Assembly: GCA_000091165.1 (NCBI GenBank)
Contig: FP565575.1
Location: 2,580,001 to 2,612,000, forward strand
Source of the DNA: Candidatus Methylomirabilis oxygeniifera
GTDB lineage: Bacteria > Methylomirabilota > Methylomirabilia > Methylomirabilales > Methylomirabilaceae
Reading direction: 5' to 3'
Length of the DNA: 32,000 bases
Positions within the stretch are counted from its first letter, which is position 1; each line of letters starts with the position of its first letter. Positions 23,356 to 31,835 of the stretch are shown one piece after another. The position numbers were made by a program, and so were the translations under genes. The notes beneath the pieces were generated by a model. It was given only the letters and a program-made list of their open reading frames with translations. It ran no database searches and was not told the origin of the DNA.

Positions 23356-23374
23356 AGATTAAAAAGTTCCCTCT

Positions 23375-23464
23375 GTCGTTGCGAGGCAAAGCCGAAGCAA
23401 TCTCACAGTCTTTCAGAATAACGACGCCGAGATTGCCGCGCTCCCTTCGGTCGCTCACAATGAC
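23375..23464. repeat. Long imperfect GC-rich palindrome between pilC and pilS
   Basis: Left arm GTCGTTGCGAGGCAAAGCCGAAGCAATCTC (23375-23404). Right arm GAGATTGCCGCGCTCCCTTCGGTCGCTCACAATGAC (23429-23464). GCAATCTC/GAGATTGC pair perfectly, and further blocks pair with mismatches. Confidence 0.7.
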
Positions 23465-23493
23465 ACATCCCAATGTCTATTGTTAGCCGTCCT

Positions 23494-24708
23494 TCATTTC
23501 CCTATCACCGTCACTAACTTGAAGATGGGCAGATACATTGCCACGATCATACCGCCCACGACGACTCCAAGGAACACCATCAGTATCGGCTCAATCAGGG
23601 CAGTCAGATTTGCGACCGCTTGATCGACCTCGGCATCGTAGAAATCGGCAATCTTCTCCAACATCGAGTCAAGCGACCCGGATTGCTCCCCAACGCTAAT
23701 CATCTGTACGACCATAGGGGGGAAGACCCCGGATATCTTCAATGGGTCGGCAATGGTCTTGCCTTCAGCGATGCTCCCACGGGTCTTCATGATCGCCTCT
23801 TCTGCCACCTTGTTGCCGGTAGTTTTCGCTGTGATATCCAGTCCGTCAAGGATGGGAACCCCGCTGGCGATCAGTGTCCCAAGGGTCCGCGTAAACCGTG
23901 CAACGGCCACCTTTCGAAACAGCGCTCCGAATACCGGAATCCGCAGAAACAATGCATCAATGGCCCTTCTGCCCTTCTCCGTCTTGTACGTGAACCGAAT
24001 ACCGACGACCCCTGCGATAAGGAAGCCGAGGCAGGCCAGGATATACGTTCGCACAAGACGACTTAGCGTCATGACGATCTGAGTCGGCAGGGGAAGCTCG
24101 ACCCCCGACCCCTCGAAAAATCCAGCAAAGACGGGAATCACGAAGATCAGCAAAAAGACGACCACGGCGATAGCAACCACGACGATGGTGCTGGGATAAA
24201 TCAGGGCGCCCTTGACCTTCCGCCGAAGGGTCGTCGCTTTCTCGATGTACACCGCCAGTCGATTCAGGATAGTGTCGAGCATCCCTCCGGCCTCGCCGGC
24301 TTCGACCATATTGGCGTATAGCGGAGTAAATACTGTCGGATGGCGTTTGAGCGCCGTTGTAAAGGTCGACCCCCCCTCCACATCCTCTCTGATCTCAGCG
24401 AGGATGTTCTTGAACCCTTTATTCGGTTGTTGGGATGCTAAGGTGTCGAGACACTGTACTAGGGGGAGTCCGGCATCAATCATGGTGGCAAGCTGACGGG
24501 TGAACACGGCCAGATCCTTATCCTTCACCTTCTTTCCGCCGAATCCGGGAATCTTCAGCTCGATCGCTTTGGGCTGCGGTTTGACGGAAATCGGGAATAT
24601 CCGCTGTTGACGAAGCTGAGCGACTACAGCCTCTGCGGTGGTGGCCTCCATCCGCCCGGCAATCACCCGGCCCGCCTGACTTCGTCCGCGATAAGCAAAC
24701 GTCGGCAT
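23494..24708 (-). CDS. pilC: Type IV pilus platform protein PilC (T2SSF family)
   Basis: 404 aa. Duplicated T2SSF domains and three TM segments. C-terminal EPILMVFLGVVVGGMIVAMYLPIF. Confidence 0.9.
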   Translation of the reverse strand: MPTFAYRGRSQAGRVIAGRMEATTAEAVVAQLRQQRIFPISVKPQPKAIELKIPGFGGKKVKDKDLAVFTRQLATMIDAGLPLVQCLDTLASQQPNKGFKNILAEIREDVEGGSTFTTALKRHPTVFTPLYANMVEAGEAGGMLDTILNRLAVYIEKATTLRRKVKGALIYPSTIVVVAIAVVVFLLIFVIPVFAGFFEGSGVELPLPTQIVMTLSRLVRTYILACLGFLIAGVVGIRFTYKTEKGRRAIDALFLRIPVFGALFRKVAVARFTRTLGTLIASGVPILDGLDITAKTTGNKVAEEAIMKTRGSIAEGKTIADPLKISGVFPPMVVQMISVGEQSGSLDSMLEKIADFYDAEVDQAVANLTALIEPILMVFLGVVVGGMIVAMYLPIFKLVTVIGK

Positions 24709-24714
24709 GCTTTT

Positions 24715-24735
24715 CCTCTACCCTATACCCTAGCC
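24715..24735. repeat. 7-nt-period array (CCTNTAC flavour) spanning the pilT stop / pilC RBS
   Basis: CCTCTAC CCTATAC CCTAGCC. Contains the pilT TAG stop (24723-24725) and, on the minus strand, the purine-rich stretch upstream of the pilC ATG. Confidence 0.75.
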
Positions 24736-25802
24736 TTTTGTGCCCGCTGGACCATCTGGGTCAGTTCGTCGGGCAATGAGCTCCTGAATATCGCCTCATC
24801 CAGCGTGATGCTCCGTTTCAAATAATGTCCAAGGAGCGACTGGTTCATCGTCTGCATCCCGAATTTCTCCTGGCCGGTTTGCATGGCGGAATAGATCTGG
24901 TGGATCTTGTCTTCCCGGATCAGATTGCGGATCGCAGGATTCGGGATCATGATCTCCAGCGCCAACACGCGCCCCTGGCCATTGCTCTTTAGGATAAGCG
25001 CCTGGCAGAGTACCCCCTCCAGAACGAAGGAGAGCTGGGCGCGTATTTGCGGCTGCTGATACGATGGAAAGACGTCGATAATGCGGTGAATGGTTTCCAC
25101 CGCTGAGTTGGTATGCAGCGTCGCAAACGTCAGATGCCCGGTCTCCGCGATGGTGAGGGCCGCAGCAATCGTTTCCTGATCGCGCATCTCCCCGATGAGC
25201 ACCTTGTCGGGATCCTGCCTCAGGATTCTTCTCAGCGCCTCCGCGAATGACTTGGTGTCGGAGTGAACCTCGCGCTGGTTGACGATGCAACTCTTATGCG
25301 GGTGCAGGAATTCGATGGGATCTTCGATGGTCACGATATGCTCATGGTGCTCGGAGTTGATCTTGTCAATCATAGTGGCCAGCGTGGTTGATTTTCCCGA
25401 ACCGGTCGGTCCGGTGACGAGGATCAGTCCCTTCGGCTTCTCGCAGAGATCGGCGACAACCTTCGGCAGACCTAACTCCTCGAAGGCGTGAATCGTGTAC
25501 GGGATGGCCCGGATCGCCATCCCTACGGCTCCCCGCTGCATATAGACATTGGCGCGGAACCTACTCACATCCTTGATTCCGAAGGACAAGTCGAGTTCTT
25601 GTGTTTCTTCAAACTGCCGCTTCTGGGCGTCGGTCAGTACGCTATAGGCCAGGCGTTTTGTTTCCGTCGGAACCAGCGGTGGCACATCCCCGAGAGGCGA
25701 GATCAGGCCGTGCAGGCGCAACATCGGTGGGATGCCGGCGGTCAGGTGAAGATCGGAGGCGCCGCGCTCAACAACCTCCTTCAACATCTCGTGCAGGTCC
25801 AT
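24723..25802 (-). CDS. pilT: Twitching motility retraction ATPase PilT
   Basis: 359 aa. Walker A GPTGSGKSTT, VLIGEMRD, PilT signature AIRNLIREDKIHQI. AGGAGG RBS. Confidence 0.95.
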   Translation of the reverse strand: MDLHEMLKEVVERGASDLHLTAGIPPMLRLHGLISPLGDVPPLVPTETKRLAYSVLTDAQKRQFEETQELDLSFGIKDVSRFRANVYMQRGAVGMAIRAIPYTIHAFEELGLPKVVADLCEKPKGLILVTGPTGSGKSTTLATMIDKINSEHHEHIVTIEDPIEFLHPHKSCIVNQREVHSDTKSFAEALRRILRQDPDKVLIGEMRDQETIAAALTIAETGHLTFATLHTNSAVETIHRIIDVFPSYQQPQIRAQLSFVLEGVLCQALILKSNGQGRVLALEIMIPNPAIRNLIREDKIHQIYSAMQTGQEKFGMQTMNQSLLGHYLKRSITLDEAIFRSSLPDELTQMVQRAQKARV

Positions 25803-25828
25803 ACTTACCTCCTATCGAGATGTGGGGA

Positions 25829-25844
25829 AGCAAGATCAGTGCCA
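25829..25844 (-). promoter_or_regulatory. Sigma54 (-24/-12) promoter upstream of pilT
   Basis: The minus strand reads TGGCACTGATCTTGCT, a full match to TGGCAC-N5-TTGCW. The predicted TSS is about 16 nt upstream of the pilT ATG, leaving the AGGAGG RBS in the leader. Confidence 0.65.
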
Positions 25845-25854
25845 CGTGTTATTG

Positions 25855-25910
25855 GCTATCAGTGGTCAGCAGCGAGCCGAGAAGCTGACAGCTAATAGCT
25901 GATCGCTGCC
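25855..25910. repeat. 7-nt-period array (AGCTGAY flavour) in the pilB-pilT spacer
   Basis: GCTATCA GTGGTCA GCAGCGA GCCGAGA AGCTGAC AGCTAAT AGCTGAT CGCTGCC. Ends 1 nt before the pilB stop codon. Confidence 0.8.
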
Positions 25911-25911
25911 G

Positions 25912-27609
25912 TTAAAAGAGACTGGTGACCCGAACAACCTCTTCGACGGTCGTGACGCCTTCCCGAATCTTTTGCAAACCGCTCTCCCTCAGACTCCTCA
26001 TCCCGTACTTCTCCTGAAGCGTACGGAGCTCACCGACGGAAGCGCCATTCAGGATAGCCTCACGCATCTGTTCATTGAGCAGCACCACCTCATAGAGGCC
26101 GATCCTGCCGCGATAGCCGGTATCACGACAGGCGATACACCCCTTCCCCCGATAGCAGGTCACACTCTTTACCTCCTGCAGGCTGAACCCGATATCCTCC
26201 AGGGTGGAGCTGGGAATCGAGACCTCTGTCCGGCATTCCGCGCAGAGCCGCCGGACCAGACGCTGGGCGAGCAGCAGGTTGAGCGAGGCGCTCACCAGGT
26301 ACGCCGGCACACCCATGCTGATCAGCCGTCCCACTGTACTGAGTGCGTCGTTGGTATGGACCGTACTGAGCACCAGGTGGCCGGTCAGGGCGGCCTTAAT
26401 GGCAATCTCTGCTGTGTCGAAATCGCGGATCTCTCCCACCATAATGATGTCCGGGTCTTGCCGGAGGAATGACCGGAGTAAGGCCGCAAAGGTCAGACCG
26501 ATATCCGACTTGACTTGAGCCTGATTGATCCCGGTCAAGTTGTACTCGATCGGGTCTTCCGCGGTCATGATATTCGTGCCGATACGGTTCAGCCGGTTGA
26601 GCGCCGAATAGAGCGTCGTCGTCTTCCCGCTTCCGGTCGGGCCGGTTACCAGGATCATGCCATACGGGGCGAGGATGGCCTTCTCGAACATGGCGAGCGC
26701 CTCAGGCTCGAACCCGAGCTTAGCCATATCCAATTCGAGGTTCGCGCGGTCCAGGAGTCGCATGACCACCTTCTCGCCGAACAGCGTCGGAACTGTAGAG
26801 ACCCGGAGGTCCAGCTCACGCTCTCGCATCTTGACCTTGATCCGCCCATCCTGCGGCATGCGACGTTCGGCAATGTCCAGTCGAGCCATAATCTTGACGC
26901 GGGACGTCACCGCGGCGTGCAGCGTAAGAGGTGGAGCCATCACCTCATAGAGGACGCCATCGAGCCTGAAGCGAATCCGAAATGCCTTCTCGTACGGCTC
27001 CAGGTGAATATCCGAGGCGCCTTTGTTGATGGCGTCGGTCAGGATGAGATTGACCAGCTTGACCACCGGGGCCTCTTCGGTGGCTCGATAAAGCTCGGCC
27101 AGATCAACTCCCCCCTGATCCGATTCAGCGATCCCCAGCTCTTTTTGCTCAAAGTCTCTGACCAGGCTTCTGGCAAAACCGGCCGTTTCGTAGTACCTGT
27201 TGAGCGCATTCTGGATAGACGTATCCGGAGCGACCATTGGTTGTATGTTGTGACCGGTAATGAATCTGACTTCGTCGATGGCAAAGATATCGGACGGATC
27301 CGCCATAGCCACCGTGAGGGCGCCTCCAGACCGGCCTAGAGGGATGAGCAGGTACTTCCGAGCGACTTCGGCAGGAACGAGCTTGAGGATGGCAGGGTCG
27401 ATCGTCGCCTTGCTGAGATCAACGGGCGGTACGCCATATTGACGCCCCAGAAAGGATGCGATGTCCTCCTCACTGACATATCCGAGCTTAACGAGAGTCG
27501 ATCCGATCCGTCCGCCGGCACTCTTTTGCAATGCAAGGGCGTCATCCAACTGCTCGGACGTGATCAGGCCGGCCCTTACCAGCATCTCGCCCAATCGTCC
27601 AGATGACAT
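25912..27609 (-). CDS. pilB: Type IV pilus assembly (extension) ATPase PilB
   Basis: 565 aa. N-terminal T2SSE_N-like domain, Walker A GPTGSGKTTT, IIMVGEIRD, tetracysteine motif CAECR...CIACRDTGYRGR. Confidence 0.95.
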   Translation of the reverse strand: MSSGRLGEMLVRAGLITSEQLDDALALQKSAGGRIGSTLVKLGYVSEEDIASFLGRQYGVPPVDLSKATIDPAILKLVPAEVARKYLLIPLGRSGGALTVAMADPSDIFAIDEVRFITGHNIQPMVAPDTSIQNALNRYYETAGFARSLVRDFEQKELGIAESDQGGVDLAELYRATEEAPVVKLVNLILTDAINKGASDIHLEPYEKAFRIRFRLDGVLYEVMAPPLTLHAAVTSRVKIMARLDIAERRMPQDGRIKVKMRERELDLRVSTVPTLFGEKVVMRLLDRANLELDMAKLGFEPEALAMFEKAILAPYGMILVTGPTGSGKTTTLYSALNRLNRIGTNIMTAEDPIEYNLTGINQAQVKSDIGLTFAALLRSFLRQDPDIIMVGEIRDFDTAEIAIKAALTGHLVLSTVHTNDALSTVGRLISMGVPAYLVSASLNLLLAQRLVRRLCAECRTEVSIPSSTLEDIGFSLQEVKSVTCYRGKGCIACRDTGYRGRIGLYEVVLLNEQMREAILNGASVGELRTLQEKYGMRSLRESGLQKIREGVTTVEEVVRVTSLF

Positions 27610-27702
27610 GCACCTACCCTTTCTTAACGTGTCTACGGCTGGCGCGTTACGGCCACAACGAACTTTTATATTAGAACGTTAGCATACCATACCTCGAAGA
27701 AC

Positions 27703-28560
27703 TCAGGCAATTGCAGTGACGAGGGCGTGCCGCATAGCCGCCTCCGAAGGTTTGTGCCCGGTCCACAGTTCGAAGGCCAAAGCGCCCTGATAGAGCAACA
27801 TCCCCAACCCACCTATGACCCGACAGCCTCGCCTCTTCGCCTCTCGTAGTAATGCGGTCTCCTGTGGCCGGTAGATCAGATCGTACACCAACGCTCTCGG
27901 CTGAAGGATGTTCGGGTCGATTGGCGGAGGATCTGAAGGGTTGAGGCCAACCGATGTGGTATTGACCACCAAAGCACAGTCTCTTACGATAGCCGGCATC
28001 TGAGGATCGTCAATCGCCAGTCCGGTGGTTGAGGTTCCGATGTTCCGATATACGAACTCGGCCAGCGACCGCGCGCGCGGAGCCGTTCGGTTGACGATGA
28101 CGATCGGTTCGGCGCCGGCTTCCGCTAAGCTCCAGGCCACGGCCCGCGCTGCCCCGCCTGCTCCAAGGATCACAGAAGGCTTGCCGCGCGGCAGAAAATT
28201 CGCCTCCTCATGGAGTGAACGGAGAAACCCCAGCCCGTCAGTATTGGCGCCGAGCAGATGTCCGTCTCTGGCTACGACCGTATTGACTGCGCCCACAGCG
28301 GTGGCTTCTGGAGTCAGGGTGTCGACCAGCGCGAAGGCCTGCTCCTTATGGGGAACTGTAACATTTGCGCCCCCGAAATTTTCCATCCCGCGAAGCGACT
28401 CGAATGCGGCGGGTAAGCCGGCGGATTGCACCCGCCATGGAATATAGAGGCCATCGATTCCGGCTGCCTGGAGCGCGGCATTCTGCATGACCGGCGACAG
28501 GCTATGCGCCACAGGATCGCCGAAGAGGATAAACAGCTTTGCTGCAGCCGTAAACTTCAT
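27703..28560 (-). CDS. aroE: Shikimate 5-dehydrogenase
   Basis: 285 aa. FGDPVAHSLSPVMQNAA, GANVTVPHK, NTDGLGF, GAGGAARAV. Confidence 0.9.
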   Translation of the reverse strand: MKFTAAAKLFILFGDPVAHSLSPVMQNAALQAAGIDGLYIPWRVQSAGLPAAFESLRGMENFGGANVTVPHKEQAFALVDTLTPEATAVGAVNTVVARDGHLLGANTDGLGFLRSLHEEANFLPRGKPSVILGAGGAARAVAWSLAEAGAEPIVIVNRTAPRARSLAEFVYRNIGTSTTGLAIDDPQMPAIVRDCALVVNTTSVGLNPSDPPPIDPNILQPRALVYDLIYRPQETALLREAKRRGCRVIGGLGMLLYQGALAFELWTGHKPSEAAMRHALVTAIA

Positions 28561-28574
28561 TTGTAATTACTCAG

Positions 28575-28680
28575 GTAGATAGACTGTAGGCTGTTAGTGC
28601 GTCGTATTCGGAAAATGCCTGGTGCGTTCCTACAGCCTAACAGCCTACAGTCTAATCCCCTACAGCTACAGTCTATCTGC
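28575..28680. repeat. Composite CTGTAGG palindromic element, copy 2 (glnD-aroE junction)
   Basis: AGATAGACTGTAG (28577-28589) pairs with CTACAGTCTATCT (28666-28678). Alternatively, CTGTAGGCTGTTAG (28584-28597) pairs with CTAACAGCCTACAG (28637-28650). Shares an 18-mer, a 15-mer and a 10-mer with copy 1. Confidence 0.9.
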
Positions 28681-31479
28681 CTAATTGAATCCCTCCGCGA
28701 GCACGCGCTCCAACTCGATCCCGATCTGTGCCCTTCGCCCTTCATCAATCAGCTTGCTCCCGTCCTTATTGGTTACATAGAAGACGTCTACCACCTGCTC
28801 GGCCTCAGTCGTGATCTTCGCAGAGCGTATATCGACCTCAAGCTGCGATAGGGTGCTGGTGATGAGGTAGAGAAGCCCCAATCTGTCCCGTGTCCGAATA
28901 TCCAGAACGGTATAGGCTTGGGAGACCAGGTTGTCAAATTCTACCTTGATCGGGAAGACTGTACCCTGCTGAATCGGCCTGACCAGGACCTCCTTCCTAC
29001 GACTCTTGATCAGGTCGTGAACAGCGACTGTGCCCGTGAGGACCTCTTGCAGATCCGCAACGACCCGATCCCAGACGGCCGGGTCTTCGATGGCTACGCC
29101 GCGGCCGTTGTCGACCCTGAAGTGCCGGATCACCATCCCGCTAGCCAGTGTGAAAATCTGGGCGCTCAGGATATTCATCCCGCTTGCGGTGAGCGTCCCT
29201 ACAACCTGCGCGAACCGCCCGTGGCGGCCACAGGCGCAGACGGTAAACTCGGAATAGCCGGCCAACGGAAACGCCGCCCACTGGCTGGCCGCCTCTTCAC
29301 CCCGTTGTACGCGCGCAATGACGCGCATGTGCGAGGCGATCTTATGGGGTGGAATCGTCAGCAGGTACCGCGTTGGGGCCTCTTGCAGGTGCCTTTTCAC
29401 CGCCTCCGCGCCGAACTCCGGTGAGAGTTCCTGGGTAAGCTGGGAGGTGATCCGTTCGGCGCGAGCCAGATCGTCCTCGCCCTCCGGAATGCCCCGGATG
29501 AGGACGGTATGGGTCTTGATGTACAGTTCCCACAGCAATGTGCCTTTCCACTCGGTCCAGACGCCGGGCCCGACCGCCTTGATGTCGGCGAAGGTGAGCA
29601 GGTACAGCATTTTCAACCGATCGAGCGTCTGCACCTTTTTGGCAAAATCGATGATGATGGCCTCATCGTCCAGGTCCAGGCGTTGAGCGATATGTGACAT
29701 CTCCAGATGACGCGCCACCAGGAAGACAACGGTATCGGCATCCGGCTCAGGGATTCCCATCCGGTGAAGAATTGCCTCAACGATGGAGGCGCTCTTGGAT
29801 GCGTGGTCAGCCCCCTCCCCCTTACCGATATCGTGGAGCAGAAGCGCCAATCGAAGAATTTCCAGCCGCTTCGCATCCGATGCCAGCGAACGAAACTCTT
29901 CGCCGTACAATCGTGACACCTCATCCAGGTGCTCGAGTGTCTCGATGGCCATGAAGGTATGTTCGTCCACGGTGTACCGATGGTAGAAATCGAATTGGAT
30001 CAGACGGGTCAGCTTGGCGAACTCCGGAATATAGGCCCCAAGTACGCCAAGTTCATGCATGCTCCGAAGTGTGGCGGCCACCCCCTTCGGCTCTCGCAGG
30101 ACGGTCAGGAAAAAGCCAAGGGCCCGGCTCGAGCGTCGTACCCCCTCATCGATGAAATGCGTATCGGCCCTGATAGCGTCCTGGATCTCCTGGCTCAACG
30201 TGTACCCCATCTGCTGCGCATACCAGAAAACCTTCAGCAACCGGACGGGGTCATCCTGAAACAGGCCCCGATGTTTTGGCGACACGTATATGCACCGATC
30301 GATTTCTGTTAAATCATCGCCGATATCGCGAGCCTTCAGCCTCCGTATCACCCTCTCCACCTGCGACCTCCCTTGCGTGCAGCGCGAGATCACCTGCGCC
30401 GATAACTGCGAGATATCCTTTGCAGCCAGATAATAGCGCTGCATGAACTGTTCTACCCCGTACGAACGAGCCGTATCCAGAAACCCAAGGTTGGCCGCCA
30501 CCTGCTCTTGCACGGAGAGCGAGAGTACGTCGTTCTTGCCCCGGTGCAGGTAATGAAGTTCATTCCGCAGGCGGAGCACGAAATCCAGGGCCAGGTCCCA
30601 CCGTTCGCGCTCCTCCTGTCCAAGTAGCCCTTTTTGCGCCAATTCAGACGACGTACCGACTCGCTGAGTGATCCTGGCAATACAAAGGGCAGCGTGAAGA
30701 TCTCTCAGGCCGCCGGGACCTTCCTTGATGTGCGGCTCCTGCACATAGATCGATGTGCCGTACCGGTAGTGGCGTTGATGTAACTCCTCGATCTTTTGCT
30801 TGACGAGGGTGTCGGCGTGCTTGTACAAGACCGATCGTCCCAATTTCGCGCTGAACGCCTGATAGATTGCCGGGTCGCCGGCGAGGTGTCGGGCTTCTAT
30901 CATCGAGCTGCAAGAGGGCAGGTCCGTTCGAGCCATCCGTACACAGTCATCAATAGAGCGGCAACAATGTCCTACGACGAACCCCACGTCCCAGAGAGTA
31001 CTCAACACCGGATGGAGGATCGTGTCCAGATAGGTATCGGCCCTTCGGGGGTACACAAACATAAGATCGACGTCGGAGGCCGGATTCATCTCCCGCCGGC
31101 CATAGCCGCCCAGAGCGATCAGCGCGCACCCGTCGCTGCGCCGCCTCAACGTCGGATCACAGGCTGTTTCTGACAGTTGAAAGAGTGAGGTGACGACCGC
31201 ATCAGTAAGTGTGGCGATGGATCGAACTACCGCCTGCCCGGTTCCCCCATTCCGATGGATCTCAAGAATCCGGGCCCGCTCATCGGCGATGAACCCTCTG
31301 AGGACCGAAATGAGACCGTTGGCCGCATGGCCGCCTTGCAGCAGGGAGTGCAGAGTGCCGGCCAGCGTTGAACACTCTACGGAGGCCGTGGGCGTATCGC
31401 CGGTAGGACTCGCGGCATTCGCCCCTCGGTGTCGCAGCAATGCGAAACGGCCCTTTGTGATGACCTGAAATCGTTTCAT
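28681..31479 (-). CDS. glnD: [Protein-PII] uridylyltransferase / uridylyl-removing enzyme GlnD
   Basis: About 932 aa. Nucleotidyltransferase region (ALGGYGRREMNPASDVDLMF), HD domain (LLLHDIGKG), two C-terminal ACT-like repeats. I prefer the ATG at 31479 over the TTG at 31485. Confidence 0.9.
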   Translation of the reverse strand: MKRFQVITKGRFALLRHRGANAASPTGDTPTASVECSTLAGTLHSLLQGGHAANGLISVLRGFIADERARILEIHRNGGTGQAVVRSIATLTDAVVTSLFQLSETACDPTLRRRSDGCALIALGGYGRREMNPASDVDLMFVYPRRADTYLDTILHPVLSTLWDVGFVVGHCCRSIDDCVRMARTDLPSCSSMIEARHLAGDPAIYQAFSAKLGRSVLYKHADTLVKQKIEELHQRHYRYGTSIYVQEPHIKEGPGGLRDLHAALCIARITQRVGTSSELAQKGLLGQEERERWDLALDFVLRLRNELHYLHRGKNDVLSLSVQEQVAANLGFLDTARSYGVEQFMQRYYLAAKDISQLSAQVISRCTQGRSQVERVIRRLKARDIGDDLTEIDRCIYVSPKHRGLFQDDPVRLLKVFWYAQQMGYTLSQEIQDAIRADTHFIDEGVRRSSRALGFFLTVLREPKGVAATLRSMHELGVLGAYIPEFAKLTRLIQFDFYHRYTVDEHTFMAIETLEHLDEVSRLYGEEFRSLASDAKRLEILRLALLLHDIGKGEGADHASKSASIVEAILHRMGIPEPDADTVVFLVARHLEMSHIAQRLDLDDEAIIIDFAKKVQTLDRLKMLYLLTFADIKAVGPGVWTEWKGTLLWELYIKTHTVLIRGIPEGEDDLARAERITSQLTQELSPEFGAEAVKRHLQEAPTRYLLTIPPHKIASHMRVIARVQRGEEAASQWAAFPLAGYSEFTVCACGRHGRFAQVVGTLTASGMNILSAQIFTLASGMVIRHFRVDNGRGVAIEDPAVWDRVVADLQEVLTGTVAVHDLIKSRRKEVLVRPIQQGTVFPIKVEFDNLVSQAYTVLDIRTRDRLGLLYLITSTLSQLEVDIRSAKITTEAEQVVDVFYVTNKDGSKLIDEGRRAQIGIELERVLAEGFN

Positions 31480-31504
31480 TGTCAATCCGTACTGGCGTTC
31501 TGAG

Positions 31505-31560
31505 CGTCGAATTGCGAGTTTTGTGTTTCGAGTTCTTCACTCAACACTCAACACTTGCAG
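31505..31560. repeat. 7-nt-period array, TTTCGAG then CTCAACA flavours
   Basis: CGTCGAA TTGCGAG TTTTGTG TTTCGAG TTCTTCA CTCAACA CTCAACA CTTGCAG, in the glnD upstream region. Confidence 0.85.
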
Positions 31561-31610
31561 TCTGCTGTTAGTATAGGCGGGCCTGCCGGACAGGGTCAAG
31601 GTGTATGTAA

Positions 31611-31638
31611 AGCCGTCAGCCATCAGCACTCAGCCGTC
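31611..31638. repeat. 7-nt-period array (AGCCRTC)x4
   Basis: AGCCGTC AGCCATC AGCACTC AGCCGTC. Confidence 0.9.
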
Positions 31639-31670
31639 AACTCCGGACAAAACCGTGGGCACACCAGAAA

Positions 31671-31691
31671 AGCTGACAGTTGATAGCTTCC
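31671..31691. repeat. 7-nt-period array, complementary flavour (AGCTGAC)
   Basis: AGCTGAC AGTTGAT AGCTTCC. An imperfect reverse complement of 31611-31638. Confidence 0.75.
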
Positions 31692-31835
31692 TTATGGGGC
31701 GTAGCCGTGCTAAATTAGGGCTGGCATCAAGAATCCTGGAGCCTATCCTGTGGGTTCATCAATGCCACTTGGATCATTGCCAACGACGTGATGATGGGCG
31801 AGGCAGTGTAGCGAGGCGCTGGAAAGGGGATAACC

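Noticed and set aside
31722-31736. TGGCAT-N5-ATCC upstream of the partial plus-strand ORF as a sigma54 promoter
   Set aside because: The -12 element lacks the essential GC in the right register (ATCC in place of TTGC), and the -24 hexamer is also imperfect.
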